Assembly: GCA_037128175.1 (NCBI GenBank)
Contig: JBAXWY010000052.1
Location: 1 to 18,927 of the forward strand
DNA: 18,927 nucleotides
Reading direction: 5' to 3'
Source: Methanothrix sp.
GTDB taxonomy: Archaea; Halobacteriota; Methanosarcinia; Methanotrichales; Methanotrichaceae
Shown here: in pieces, positions 1 to 8,498 of the stretch
Numbering within the stretch: the first letter of the stretch is position 1
Layout: each line of letters opens with the position of its first letter
The notes under the pieces: generated by a model
The model's input: the letters and a program-made list of their open reading frames with translations, nothing else
What the model was told of the DNA's origin: nothing
The model's database searches: none
Program-made: the position numbers and the translations under genes

Positions 1-3000
1 GGACGTCCTGAGCATCTTTCCATGAGAGCTTCACAGAATTGACTCCAATAGAGGAACCGCGAACATTTATTGGCTTGTTGGCAACTATGGCATTGAATTC
101 AACCTTGATGTTGTGGAGATTATCTGAGTTATCAACGTCTCCAAATGTCCAGGTTATGGTGACGGGAACAGTTCCATCGTTTGGAGTTGATACTATCTCG
201 GACACAGGCAAAGATCCTGGTTGGACGGGAGTTATCACCCTTGAGCCAGGAACATAGATCAGGCCTGCGGGTAGTGTATCAGTGATGACTACCTGTCTGG
301 CTATGGCTTTTGGCAGGGTGGTCTGGACGGTGTAACTCACAATATCGCCGATAGTATGGTCATTGCTATCGCTGCGGGCCTTGGTCACCACGCTGCTTGT
401 ATCCAGGTTCACATTGTGTGTGGTGGTTCCAGTGTAAGATCTCTCATCTGGGTTTGTGCCTGATGTGCTGGTCCAGTCCACCTCGGCGTTATTGGTTAAA
501 GTCTCTCCAGAGGTGGCTCCCGGCCCAACCTGAGCATTATAGGTGATGGTTTGCGTTGCTCCCGGAGCCAGGCTCGGGATGTGCCAGGTAAGTTTTCTCG
601 TGATAGAGTCATAAGATGCATCTGGATTTGAGTTCTCGTAAACAAGATGTAGCGGGAGAACATCAGTTAATACCAATTCATAAGCAGTTGAACGGGTGGC
701 TCCAGATGCTGCATGGATGGTCAATGTATAGGGAACTGTGCTTCCAACAGACAGAGGACCTGACGGATTGGCAGCCTTGGTGAGTGTCAGTGAGGGCTCC
801 GTCAGAATGACCTGGGCAGTGGCTGTTCTCTGGTAATGCTGGCCTCCTGCATCATGTGAGGCCTCTACGCTGTTGGTCAGCGTCACGCCTGCTAAGTTCC
901 CAGGGATATTTTCCACTACGGTGTGGACCTTAATGCTCACGGTCTTGGATGAAGAAAACGTCCCCAGATTCCAGGTTATGATATTGCTTCCACCTGGGCC
1001 TGGTGCCTGGGTGGGAGTACCTATGCACTGGCCGCTATCTGGGGGATTGCACTCATAAGATACGTATCTTAAGCCCTTTGGCAATGTATCAACTATTATG
1101 GCATTGTCATAGGTGTCCGACCCCCAAAACTCCGAAACTATGGTGAAATCCTCGGGATCGCCTATAGTCTTAGGGGACTGAGATGTTTTTGTCAAAGCCA
1201 ACCTCGATGCAGATGCGCCTTTGCTGTCCTGACTGTATATGCATCCGGTTACTACGCAGGTTCCTGTGACAGTCAACTGGTTGGTCAAAGCTCCAGTTGC
1301 CATTGGATTGGCGGTAATCACCTTGGACCAGCTGTTTGACCCAGCCAAATTGGATATAGATACCCCAGTCCATGTAATGGTGTTTACCGACTTGCTGCCG
1401 GTTCCTGCCTGGCCGGTTCTGTCCTGGACGGTTATTGAGTTGGTATCGAATCCCGCACCCAGGACATCTGCTATATCTACATTGTTGGCAGTACCTGTGC
1501 CAGTGTTATTGACATATATGATCCAGCTAGCTGTTCCGCCCGAACTTACTGGTTGCGTGAGCGGTACAACGTTGGCCACGAGCGTTGCCAGCGTCGGAAG
1601 GACGCTGGGGCTCAGGGTTATGGGCGTGGCAGCAGCTCCGCATGAGCTGTCATAATTATAAGATACCAATTCGCTAGATAGCGATGATATGCCACATTGG
1701 CCAGCGGAGTTCACAATGTCGAAGGTGAGAGTAATGGTCTCGCCAGGATTGACCTTATCTATGTTCAAAAGTCCCCAGACCAGTGTAGCTAGTACTGCGT
1801 CGTATGTAGGCACCGGATCTAGCGCGGGACTGTGTGTGCTGGTACCTGTTATTGTTGCGGATCCCGTTTTGAAGACAAAATTCGTTGGCAGAGTATATGT
1901 CAACTCATCTCCAGAAATAGGTGCATAAGCTGTAGCACCTGTGTTTCTTATGGTTATGGTCCTCGTTCCTCCGCATGTACTGAACTGCGCAGGATTTAAT
2001 GATAACGAAATATGAGGCAAAGTAACCAGCGTTGCCGTCGATGTGGAGGTCTCCTTGACGCAGCATCCCCATTCGACTGTTGCACTGTTCTGGGTATCTG
2101 CAGCGCAGCTGGTAACATGGGCATTCAATGTTATAGTCCTGCTCTCGCCAGCTGGAATATCTACCAGGTCCCATACCAGTGGACTGGCAACTGGATACTG
2201 TGGCACCGGGTTGGCAAAGTCATAAGCCACATTGACCGGAAGAGTGTCCTTTACGACCACGTTCTTGGCAATGTAGTCGCCGGTGTTGGTTACGGTTATG
2301 GTCCAGAATATTGGATTGGAGTTCTCCGTTATGCTGGATGCTGGTGTTTTGGATATGGTCAAATGGGGATTATACTTTATCACCTGGACCGGGCTTTCTG
2401 CAGACTGAAGAGTCGTTCCGCATGGTAGCTCGAAGGTGGCCCTTGCCCTGGCCACGGGATTTGATACCGCAGCAAATGCGCCACAGTCAGTTACCTTGGC
2501 CTTAAAGCTGATTGTAGCTGTGGTTCCTGGTGCCCATGGATCTGCGAAGCTCCAGGTGAGCGAGTTGCCGCTGTAGGTTGGGCTGGGTGCAGCGCCAGTA
2601 TACCCTGTAATGGTTGCTGCTCCCGAGATCACGACCCCGGCCGGCAGAAGCTCATTGATCCGGACGTTATAGGCTGTGGCATCTCCGGCGTTGGCCATCT
2701 GTATCACGAAATTCCCAGACTCATCACCACATGGATCCAGCCTTGGTGCAGTATGGCTCCCGAACTGGAGCGTCGTCTGGATCTGTTCGACTGTGGATGA
2801 GCCATGAACTTCCTGGCAAGGTGATCCCAGACAGCCCCATTTTCCAATTACGTCGTTGGTCAGTCCAGAGCACCCTGTTATTTTCGCCCCGAGCTCTATG
2901 ACATGCCTGGCATTGGGGTCCATGTCCGATATGGCCCAGGTCAGAACCTGGCCGGCAACGACAGGCTCCTGTGGCACATTATCGACCTTTCCAGTACCTG

Positions 3001-5800
3001 CGGAATAGGTCAGACCTGCTCCCAGGGTATCGACTACAGATACGCTATAGGCTGTTCCGCTGCCGGTGTTGGTAATATATACCTTCCAGAAGACCTCCTT
3101 CTGGTTGGCAAAGATCAACTCGGGCGTCTTAAGGATATTCAGGTGGGCTTTATCCAAGAGCAGAGGCGCGCCATTGAACGTGCCCTGAGGCTGTTGAACG
3201 CCGCAGTTGTCCTTATAATCGAGGGTCGCACCTATAGGCTTATCCTGAGAACAGGTCTTTTGGACCTGGAACGATATCACCCCGGTATGACCAGCACCCG
3301 GACAGTTGACATTAGTGCCCAGGTTCCAGGTCAGTTTGTGGTCGTTGGGTGCAGAGCCCCTGGTGGGCTCAAATGGTGTAGATGGTATTGCAGTTCCGGC
3401 GTTGCTGATTCCAGATACGGATGAAGTGCCTGCAATGTATGCGAAGTTGGTGTCGTCATAAGTGATCTGCATGTCGTAGCCGTTGTAAGGCCCATTCTGG
3501 TGGAGGTTGAGCTTGAAGGTGTATGTTCCGCAGGAGTTCATCTTGTTGTCATAGGTCATATCCAGGGAGAAATCAGACTTTCCCACATCCACAAGTACTC
3601 CCTCGCGGTAGATATTATCTCCTAAACAGCTTTCGTAACCTGCTGCGCCTGTTATGCGGAGTTCTGACCAATCCACAAACATTCCGATAGTTGACGTCGG
3701 CGTTAAGCTCAATGTATAGGTGATATCCAACTTCACTGGCTTTGCCGGCATCGTCCCCAAGAAACTGAGCGACATAGGAACCCCCAAGGTAATCGGTGCA
3801 GTCTGAGGAATACCTTCATTTATGATGAATGTTGCAAGTCCCGTTCCGGTTGTCGTTTGACTGTTATCACCAAACTCTGTAAAACTCAGCTGATCCCAGC
3901 TAGTTATTGGGCTATCCACCGGAAACTCGTATGTTGTCTTATAGTTGATACTCGTGCAACTCTCCACAGAACTACTGGCTTCCTTGGCGGACGTGAACAT
4001 TGAAGGATTATCACAACTCATCAATGTTAACTTGGATGCACTTCCTGAAAGTGTACAACCGCAGCAATCGTTTGGCGCACTGACGCTGAGCATGTTAGTG
4101 GCGCTTTGGCCGCAAAGACAGGGGCTGGTTGATGGCGCCTTGAGTTGTATTGTCCTGGTCCATGCCGTCCCACTGGTCAGGCTCTGGCTTGGCCAGGTTA
4201 TAGTGTAGACTCCGGGTAGTGTGCTTACGGTCCCGCCGGCGGCGTCCACAACTTCGAAGCCTGCTGGATAGGTATCTACGATATTGGCTGAGATGGGATC
4301 ATTGGTGCAGCTTCCCTTGTTGTAGGTCACGCTTAGTGAGTAGGTTCCAGTCTCTCCCAGGTGCAATACATCCGGCCCGGTCTTGCTCACTGCTATGCCC
4401 GGCTTGGTGGCCTGATCAAGGGTGTATGCCATCAAAGTGGTTGGTGGAGCCCACTCATCGCCGCATTGGTCCTGGTAGTTGGGGGTAAAGGAGATTATTC
4501 CGCTTGATGCGTCGCAGGCCCCCGAACTCTTCATGCCGAATTTGAAAGAGATTGTTCCAGAGGGGATTGGCGCAATATCGCCTATGGTTATGATCTGCGT
4601 GCCAGCATCGTAACTGGCCCCTGGAAAGTTTGTAACGGCGAGATCGGTTATCTGGTACTGAGCGGGCATATTTTGGATGTGGATATGCATATTGATGGCT
4701 GTGCCATCGCCGGTATTGGAATATGGTATGGACACCGTAGTATCGCCGCAATAGGGGACGGTTATGCTTGAGGGCGGAGTGTAGGTGAATAGAGGCTCTT
4801 TTGGTAGCAGCTTGATGCTGGCTTTGGCATAGGGCAGCGGAGTCTGGCAGGTTTGACTAAGGGCATTGCACCCCCAGGTGGCGGTAACCTCATTGAAGAG
4901 GTTCTCGCATCCGACCACTCTGGCCTGCATATGGACCACCTTCTCCTGGCCTACAGCGATGCCTGTGGGATATTCCCAGTTAAATGTGCCACCAGGAGTT
5001 ACAGGAACAGGTATCAGTGCATCATTGCTTACCATCTGTAGCCCGTTTTGAAGCACGTCCTCGACCTTGACGTAGGTGGCAGGTCCGGTGCCTATATTTT
5101 TTATAGTGATTACCCAGTTGACCGTCTCTCCAACGCTCTTCTCAACAACAGTAGATCCTGACGGCATTTCGCCTACATCAGTCAATTTAGTGACCTTGAG
5201 GAGCCCTTTATTGACTGTTATGGTGGACTGAGTTGAGCCTGAAATCTGGGTCTGGGATGTGCCTCCAATTTTGTAGTTCACGGTATATTGCACGTTTTGG
5301 CCGCTTTGGGCTAGACAGGATGGGACCAGGTGGAAGTTTACTTGTAACTGGTCTCCTGGATTTAGGTTCGTTGCCAGATTCCAGGTCAAGATGTTATCGT
5401 TGGGCGGTACTCCTATTGTGGGCTCTGCAGAAGTCGGGCCAATCGGACTGCCGCCGTTAGGGATCACGGTAAAGCTTCCGGTGCCTGCTTTGTAACTGAA
5501 CCCAGCGGGCATATTAATGCTGGCTACCAGGTTTGTGGCCTGCCCGGCCCCCGCATTAGTCAAGCTAAGAGTGACTGCACCCTCCGCACAGTTATCGATA
5601 CTTGTGGGGGCTGCAATCCCCGCGCTGAGAGCTGCAGAAGTCACAGATACGGTCAAGATTATGAGCATGATCAATAGCAACGCCTTGCGTAATATAGACG
5701 CTAAATTGAATTGCTCTAGAAAAACTCGAAAGACATTATTGGCATCGTGGGCATAAGATATTGAACTAACGCCCGTCTTATCTTGATACTTGGTCCCCAT
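1..5800 (-). CDS. Giant secreted multi-DUF11 / isopeptide-domain (Ig-like) surface protein, at least 1933 aa, 3' end beyond the window
   Basis: ATG at 5800 gives MGTKYQ...LRKALLLIMLIILTVSVTSA (signal peptide). Segments translated by hand from 5800 to base 2 share one frame. The track lists no stop-terminated ORF from this start, consistent with an open frame to the edge. Repeated DUF11-type motifs include LTK..., D(T/V)LPxGLxY, (I/L)TW and LTN. Confidence 0.93.
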   Translation of the reverse strand, partial: MGTKYQDKTGVSSISYAHDANNVFRVFLEQFNLASILRKALLLIMLIILTVSVTSAALSAGIAAPTSIDNCAEGAVTLSLTNAGAGQATNLVASINMPAGFSYKAGTGSFTVIPNGGSPIGPTSAEPTIGVPPNDNILTWNLATNLNPGDQLQVNFHLVPSCLAQSGQNVQYTVNYKIGGTSQTQISGSTQSTITVNKGLLKVTKLTDVGEMPSGSTVVEKSVGETVNWVITIKNIGTGPATYVKVEDVLQNGLQMVSNDALIPVPVTPGGTFNWEYPTGIAVGQEKVVHMQARVVGCENLFNEVTATWGCNALSQTCQTPLPYAKASIKLLPKEPLFTYTPPSSITVPYCGDTTVSIPYSNTGDGTAINMHIHIQNMPAQYQITDLAVTNFPGASYDAGTQIITIGDIAPIPSGTISFKFGMKSSGACDASSGIISFTPNYQDQCGDEWAPPTTLMAYTLDQATKPGIAVSKTGPDVLHLGETGTYSLSVTYNKGSCTNDPISANIVDTYPAGFEVVDAAGGTVSTLPGVYTITWPSQSLTSGTAWTRTIQLKAPSTSPCLCGQSATNMLSVSAPNDCCGCTLSGSASKLTLMSCDNPSMFTSAKEASSSVESCTSINYKTTYEFPVDSPITSWDQLSFTEFGDNSQTTTGTGLATFIINEGIPQTAPITLGVPMSLSFLGTMPAKPVKLDITYTLSLTPTSTIGMFVDWSELRITGAAGYESCLGDNIYREGVLVDVGKSDFSLDMTYDNKMNSCGTYTFKLNLHQNGPYNGYDMQITYDDTNFAYIAGTSSVSGISNAGTAIPSTPFEPTRGSAPNDHKLTWNLGTNVNCPGAGHTGVISFQVQKTCSQDKPIGATLDYKDNCGVQQPQGTFNGAPLLLDKAHLNILKTPELIFANQKEVFWKVYITNTGSGTAYSVSVVDTLGAGLTYSAGTGKVDNVPQEPVVAGQVLTWAISDMDPNARHVIELGAKITGCSGLTNDVIGKWGCLGSPCQEVHGSSTVEQIQTTLQFGSHTAPRLDPCGDESGNFVIQMANAGDATAYNVRINELLPAGVVISGAATITGYTGAAPSPTYSGNSLTWSFADPWAPGTTATISFKAKVTDCGAFAAVSNPVARARATFELPCGTTLQSAESPVQVIKYNPHLTISKTPASSITENSNPIFWTITVTNTGDYIAKNVVVKDTLPVNVAYDFANPVPQYPVASPLVWDLVDIPAGESRTITLNAHVTSCAADTQNSATVEWGCCVKETSTSTATLVTLPHISLSLNPAQFSTCGGTRTITIRNTGATAYAPISGDELTYTLPTNFVFKTGSATITGTSTHSPALDPVPTYDAVLATLVWGLLNIDKVNPGETITLTFDIVNSAGQCGISSLSSELVSYNYDSSCGAAATPITLSPSVLPTLATLVANVVPLTQPVSSGGTASWIIYVNNTGTGTANNVDIADVLGAGFDTNSITVQDRTGQAGTGSKSVNTITWTGVSISNLAGSNSWSKVITANPMATGALTNQLTVTGTCVVTGCIYSQDSKGASASRLALTKTSQSPKTIGDPEDFTIVSEFWGSDTYDNAIIVDTLPKGLRYVSYECNPPDSGQCIGTPTQAPGPGGSNIITWNLGTFSSSKTVSIKVHTVVENIPGNLAGVTLTNSVEASHDAGGQHYQRTATAQVILTEPSLTLTKAANPSGPLSVGSTVPYTLTIHAASGATRSTAYELVLTDVLPLHLVYENSNPDASYDSITRKLTWHIPSLAPGATQTITYNAQVGPGATSGETLTNNAEVDWTSTSGTNPDERSYTGTTTHNVNLDTSSVVTKARSDSNDHTIGDIVSYTVQTTLPKAIARQVVITDTLPAGLIYVPGSRVITPVQPGSLPVSEIVSTPNDGTVPVTITWTFGDVDNSDNLHNIKVEFNAIVANKPINVRGSSIGVNSVKLSWKDAQDV

Positions 5801-5907
5801 TTCCTCGCGCCCCTTTATGTATGAATCATTATAATTCGCCTCAAGGTCAAGCGTAATGTACGACCAGGGGCGAAACTTGCGGCCAATTGTTTATTAATAC
5901 ATAACTG

Positions 5908-5922
5908 TATTTAAATTTTTCG
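5908..5922 (-). promoter_or_regulatory. BRE + TATA promoter of the giant surface protein gene
   Basis: Minus strand reads CGAAAAA TTTAAATA, a consensus archaeal BRE/TATA. This implies a transcription start near 5885 and a leader of about 85 nt. Confidence 0.65.
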
Positions 5923-6060
5923 ATTAGATATGTGTCTCGGGAGAATTATTTTTTTAAATTTTTAAAACAGACGTTCAAATCGATAGTTATTAATATAGTA
6001 TTTACAAAATAAAAACCCACCTCGCTATCAATTTATAGCTCTTGAAATTAGGAATATGAT

Positions 6061-6094
6061 AGAAGAAAATGGGCCTATATAATTAGAGCCCATT
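6061..6094 (-). terminator. Putative hairpin + U-rich terminator downstream of the small DUF11 gene
   Basis: Minus strand AATGGGC-T-CTA-ATTATA-TAG-GCCCATT is followed by TTCTTCT, about 70 nt after the stop at 6167. It could instead be a palindromic operator. Confidence 0.4.
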
Positions 6095-6166
6095 GCCCCT
6101 ATTTCTGCTCAATAGTACAGCCTTTTCACACCGGAACGGGCAAAGGCCTAACTCAAGTCCGGTGAT

Positions 6167-6850
6167 CTAGTTCTGGTCAGAGGATATCTTTATGTGATTG
6201 TCAGCTTGCCCTATGCCATTAGCATATGCGGTCTGGCTCATTAACTGTATCCTGTCTAAATTGAACTTGGAGCAGCACTTGTCAGAATCCTGGTTTTTCA
6301 GCACTTCTATATTGTTGGCTGCAGAGGCATGGTTAAAGCTTTGGGCTTTTTGCTTGCCTATATCTAAGCGATCGGTATTCTGACCCTTGGCAGGACAACA
6401 TTTAAGCACATTGATACCCTGACGGTCTTCGCCACTGACCGGATATCCAGTGGGAGGCGTGCCAATGATATTGGCCAGATTTGTCAGCTTTCCGGAAGCG
6501 CAATCTTCCACTTTGGTCATGATATTAATTTCTGTGGCCGCTCCGATGTCCAAAGGACCCACATTCTCCCAGGTGATCTCGTTACCTGCTGCATGCCCAT
6601 TCCTGTCATCCGATAAATAAGACAAGCACTCGGGCAGGGTATCCACGACTTTTACTGGGTTAAGGATTGTATCTCCTTCGTTGGTGACCTTGATATTGAA
6701 AACTGGTTTATCACCGGGCTTTACATTGGGCATATTTGTGCTAATTTCCGCAGAAGCCGTCGCAATGAAAATGCCGCTTAATAATACGACTGCAGTCAGC
6801 AGAATCCCTGCTATTATATTGGCCTTATACCTCATAGTGAATGAACTCAT
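6167..6850 (-). CDS. Secreted single-DUF11-domain protein with two C-terminal N/Q-rich repeats
   Basis: Signal peptide ending ATASA. DUF11 motifs PGD..FNIKVTNEGD, VVDTLP, ITWENVGPL and LTN. The tail has two KCC...N.DR...Q.A...A.N.I...Q repeats. Confidence 0.88.
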   Translation of the reverse strand: MSSFTMRYKANIIAGILLTAVVLLSGIFIATASAEISTNMPNVKPGDKPVFNIKVTNEGDTILNPVKVVDTLPECLSYLSDDRNGHAAGNEITWENVGPLDIGAATEINIMTKVEDCASGKLTNLANIIGTPPTGYPVSGEDRQGINVLKCCPAKGQNTDRLDIGKQKAQSFNHASAANNIEVLKNQDSDKCCSKFNLDRIQLMSQTAYANGIGQADNHIKISSDQN

Positions 6851-7097
6851 TGTATCCTTCCCCAGATATTTTATGTTGTGTCATATCACAAATGGTTCAA
6901 TACCATTTTCTCATGTATTTCATAATATCTTAATGAACTTACGAATCTCATAGTATTAAAATTCTTTGACACATATCCTCGATAAAATATACGATATATA
7001 AATACTCCTGAGCTTGTTGCATCTGTATGTAGATTCGCTTAAAAATAATATGAATGGGCCCAAATCAGCTCGACGCTCAAACCAGCCCATGTTTTCG

Positions 7098-7724
7098 CTA
7101 CTTAATCTGCTCGATTTTAACCGAATTGATAAATCGTTCTGTGGCTTCCTGACGATAGGTGGAGAGAATCAATCCTACTGCCGTGGATGCCAGAACACCG
7201 CCCGGTCGATCCAGGTGATATTCTACAGGATAGACCGCAATGTAGACCGGCTCATTCGTTGGACACTTCAGGCCGCGGGCAAATATCCCCGACCGACCGT
7301 CTATCACTCTCTTTGTTACATTGATATCTTTGCATACTTTGGATTTGGTGAGGGTACCGTTGACAAGGGCCATCAAGCTGGATTGGTTGATTAGAGATGC
7401 ATCGCCCTTGGAGTACATTATGACCGATACCTTCAAAATTTTGGTCTTATCGGACGGCGACACCAGATTCAATGCATCTGTCGCGATGGAAGTTTTTCCC
7501 AAAGTGCTGTCTCCATGCGACACGCTGCTTTTGTACTCGTCCATCTCCGACCAGTTGAAGGCAACCTTCCACTTGCCGCAGTCCTCGGAGACGGAAGTGA
7601 CGGACAATTCATCCATCATCGAACCATATACCTGCATGGTAAGAAAGAGTGCCAGACAAAGCGCCAGGCCAAGCAAAAAAGGAGTTGAGGAGTATCTGTC
7701 TTTTGCCAATATCACTATTATCAC
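7098..7724 (-). CDS. Exported or membrane-anchored hypothetical protein
   Basis: 208-aa ORF with an N-terminal hydrophobic segment (FLLGLALCLALFLTMQVYG). The start may be the GTG at 7715, which follows an AGGTGA Shine-Dalgarno (SD) motif. Confidence 0.75.
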   Translation of the reverse strand: MIIVILAKDRYSSTPFLLGLALCLALFLTMQVYGSMMDELSVTSVSEDCGKWKVAFNWSEMDEYKSSVSHGDSTLGKTSIATDALNLVSPSDKTKILKVSVIMYSKGDASLINQSSLMALVNGTLTKSKVCKDINVTKRVIDGRSGIFARGLKCPTNEPVYIAVYPVEYHLDRPGGVLASTAVGLILSTYRQEATERFINSVKIEQIK

Positions 7725-8378
7725 CTACAGTGGAGCCATCCTGGGCAATATGTCGGGATTGATTCCCTTTGCCAGCTTTGTAACATCCTTGAATCTGCTC
7801 TCGCTCTTCGCGAAAGCAGTCTTTTCGCTCTCTTCGCTGGCATTAGACTCATTCTTCAGCTCTGTGCTCGCTTGCTGCGTCTCGACGACAGGCAAAGGAG
7901 CTGTTGTGACCACGGCTGGGGTGTAGCCGGATGTATCCGGGCTGATCAATGTAGCAGTGAAATCGCCCCGGCTGGCTTTTCCGTTGCTGTCCGATCGGAT
8001 GAAAAATCCCGACATGCTGTCGCCTTCCAAGATAGCGCTTATGTAGATGGCTGCCAGCGCTTCGCCCTCCAAGAGAGCCAGAGAGAAGGAGACGGCATTT
8101 GCAGAAAGAGATCCCGCCAGGGCAGCATTCCAGGGATTTTCGCCCTCGAATTTGGCCAGGCCATAGACGGATTGGTCTGATTGGTTCACGGCCAACACGA
8201 TCTCCTTTTCTCCTAAAGTGGCTTTCCATATGCCCTGCGCGCCGGCCGAAGCCGTGGACATGTCCTCTTTTGTCGTCGCATTATTTTCCATTGATGTGGA
8301 ATCTTGAGCCGGTACCAAAGATATGGACAGAGAGAGTGTCAAAAGAAGAATTGCCATTAAACCAAAATTTCGGATCAT
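7725..8378 (-). CDS. Exported hypothetical protein (beta-rich domain, T/P/E/S linker, short C-terminal motif)
   Basis: Start moved from the track's 8516 to the ATG at 8378. GGAGG lies upstream, a signal peptide MIRNFGLMAILLLTLSLSISLVPA follows, and the overlap with the divergent gene disappears. Confidence 0.8.
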   Translation of the reverse strand: MIRNFGLMAILLLTLSLSISLVPAQDSTSMENNATTKEDMSTASAGAQGIWKATLGEKEIVLAVNQSDQSVYGLAKFEGENPWNAALAGSLSANAVSFSLALLEGEALAAIYISAILEGDSMSGFFIRSDSNGKASRGDFTATLISPDTSGYTPAVVTTAPLPVVETQQASTELKNESNASEESEKTAFAKSESRFKDVTKLAKGINPDILPRMAPL

Positions 8379-8433
8379 AAAGCCCCAAACCTCCATTATT
8401 GTCATTTGAGCCAGGTCTAATTGAGCCCTTATC

Positions 8434-8480
8434 ATATTAATATAGATTGCCGAAGCGACCCCCCACAAGCTAAATATATG
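8434..8480. promoter_or_regulatory. Divergent TATA elements
   Basis: ATATTAATATA (8434-8444) and TAAATATATG (8471-8480) lie in the 120-bp gap between divergent starts at 8378 and 8499. Confidence 0.45.
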
Positions 8481-8498
8481 AATTGAACTTATTGGAGA

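Noticed and set aside
39-5756. Many short ORFs in the track over 1-5800
   Set aside because: They are antisense or off-frame shadows of the giant minus-strand gene.
7722-7727. In-frame TAG directly followed by the next ORF, suggesting pyrrolysine or amber read-through fusion
   Set aside because: rpl37ae and psmA end in TAG at their normal positions. The same stop-GTG abutment occurs with TAA at 16387-16392, and the downstream ORF has its own signal-like segment.
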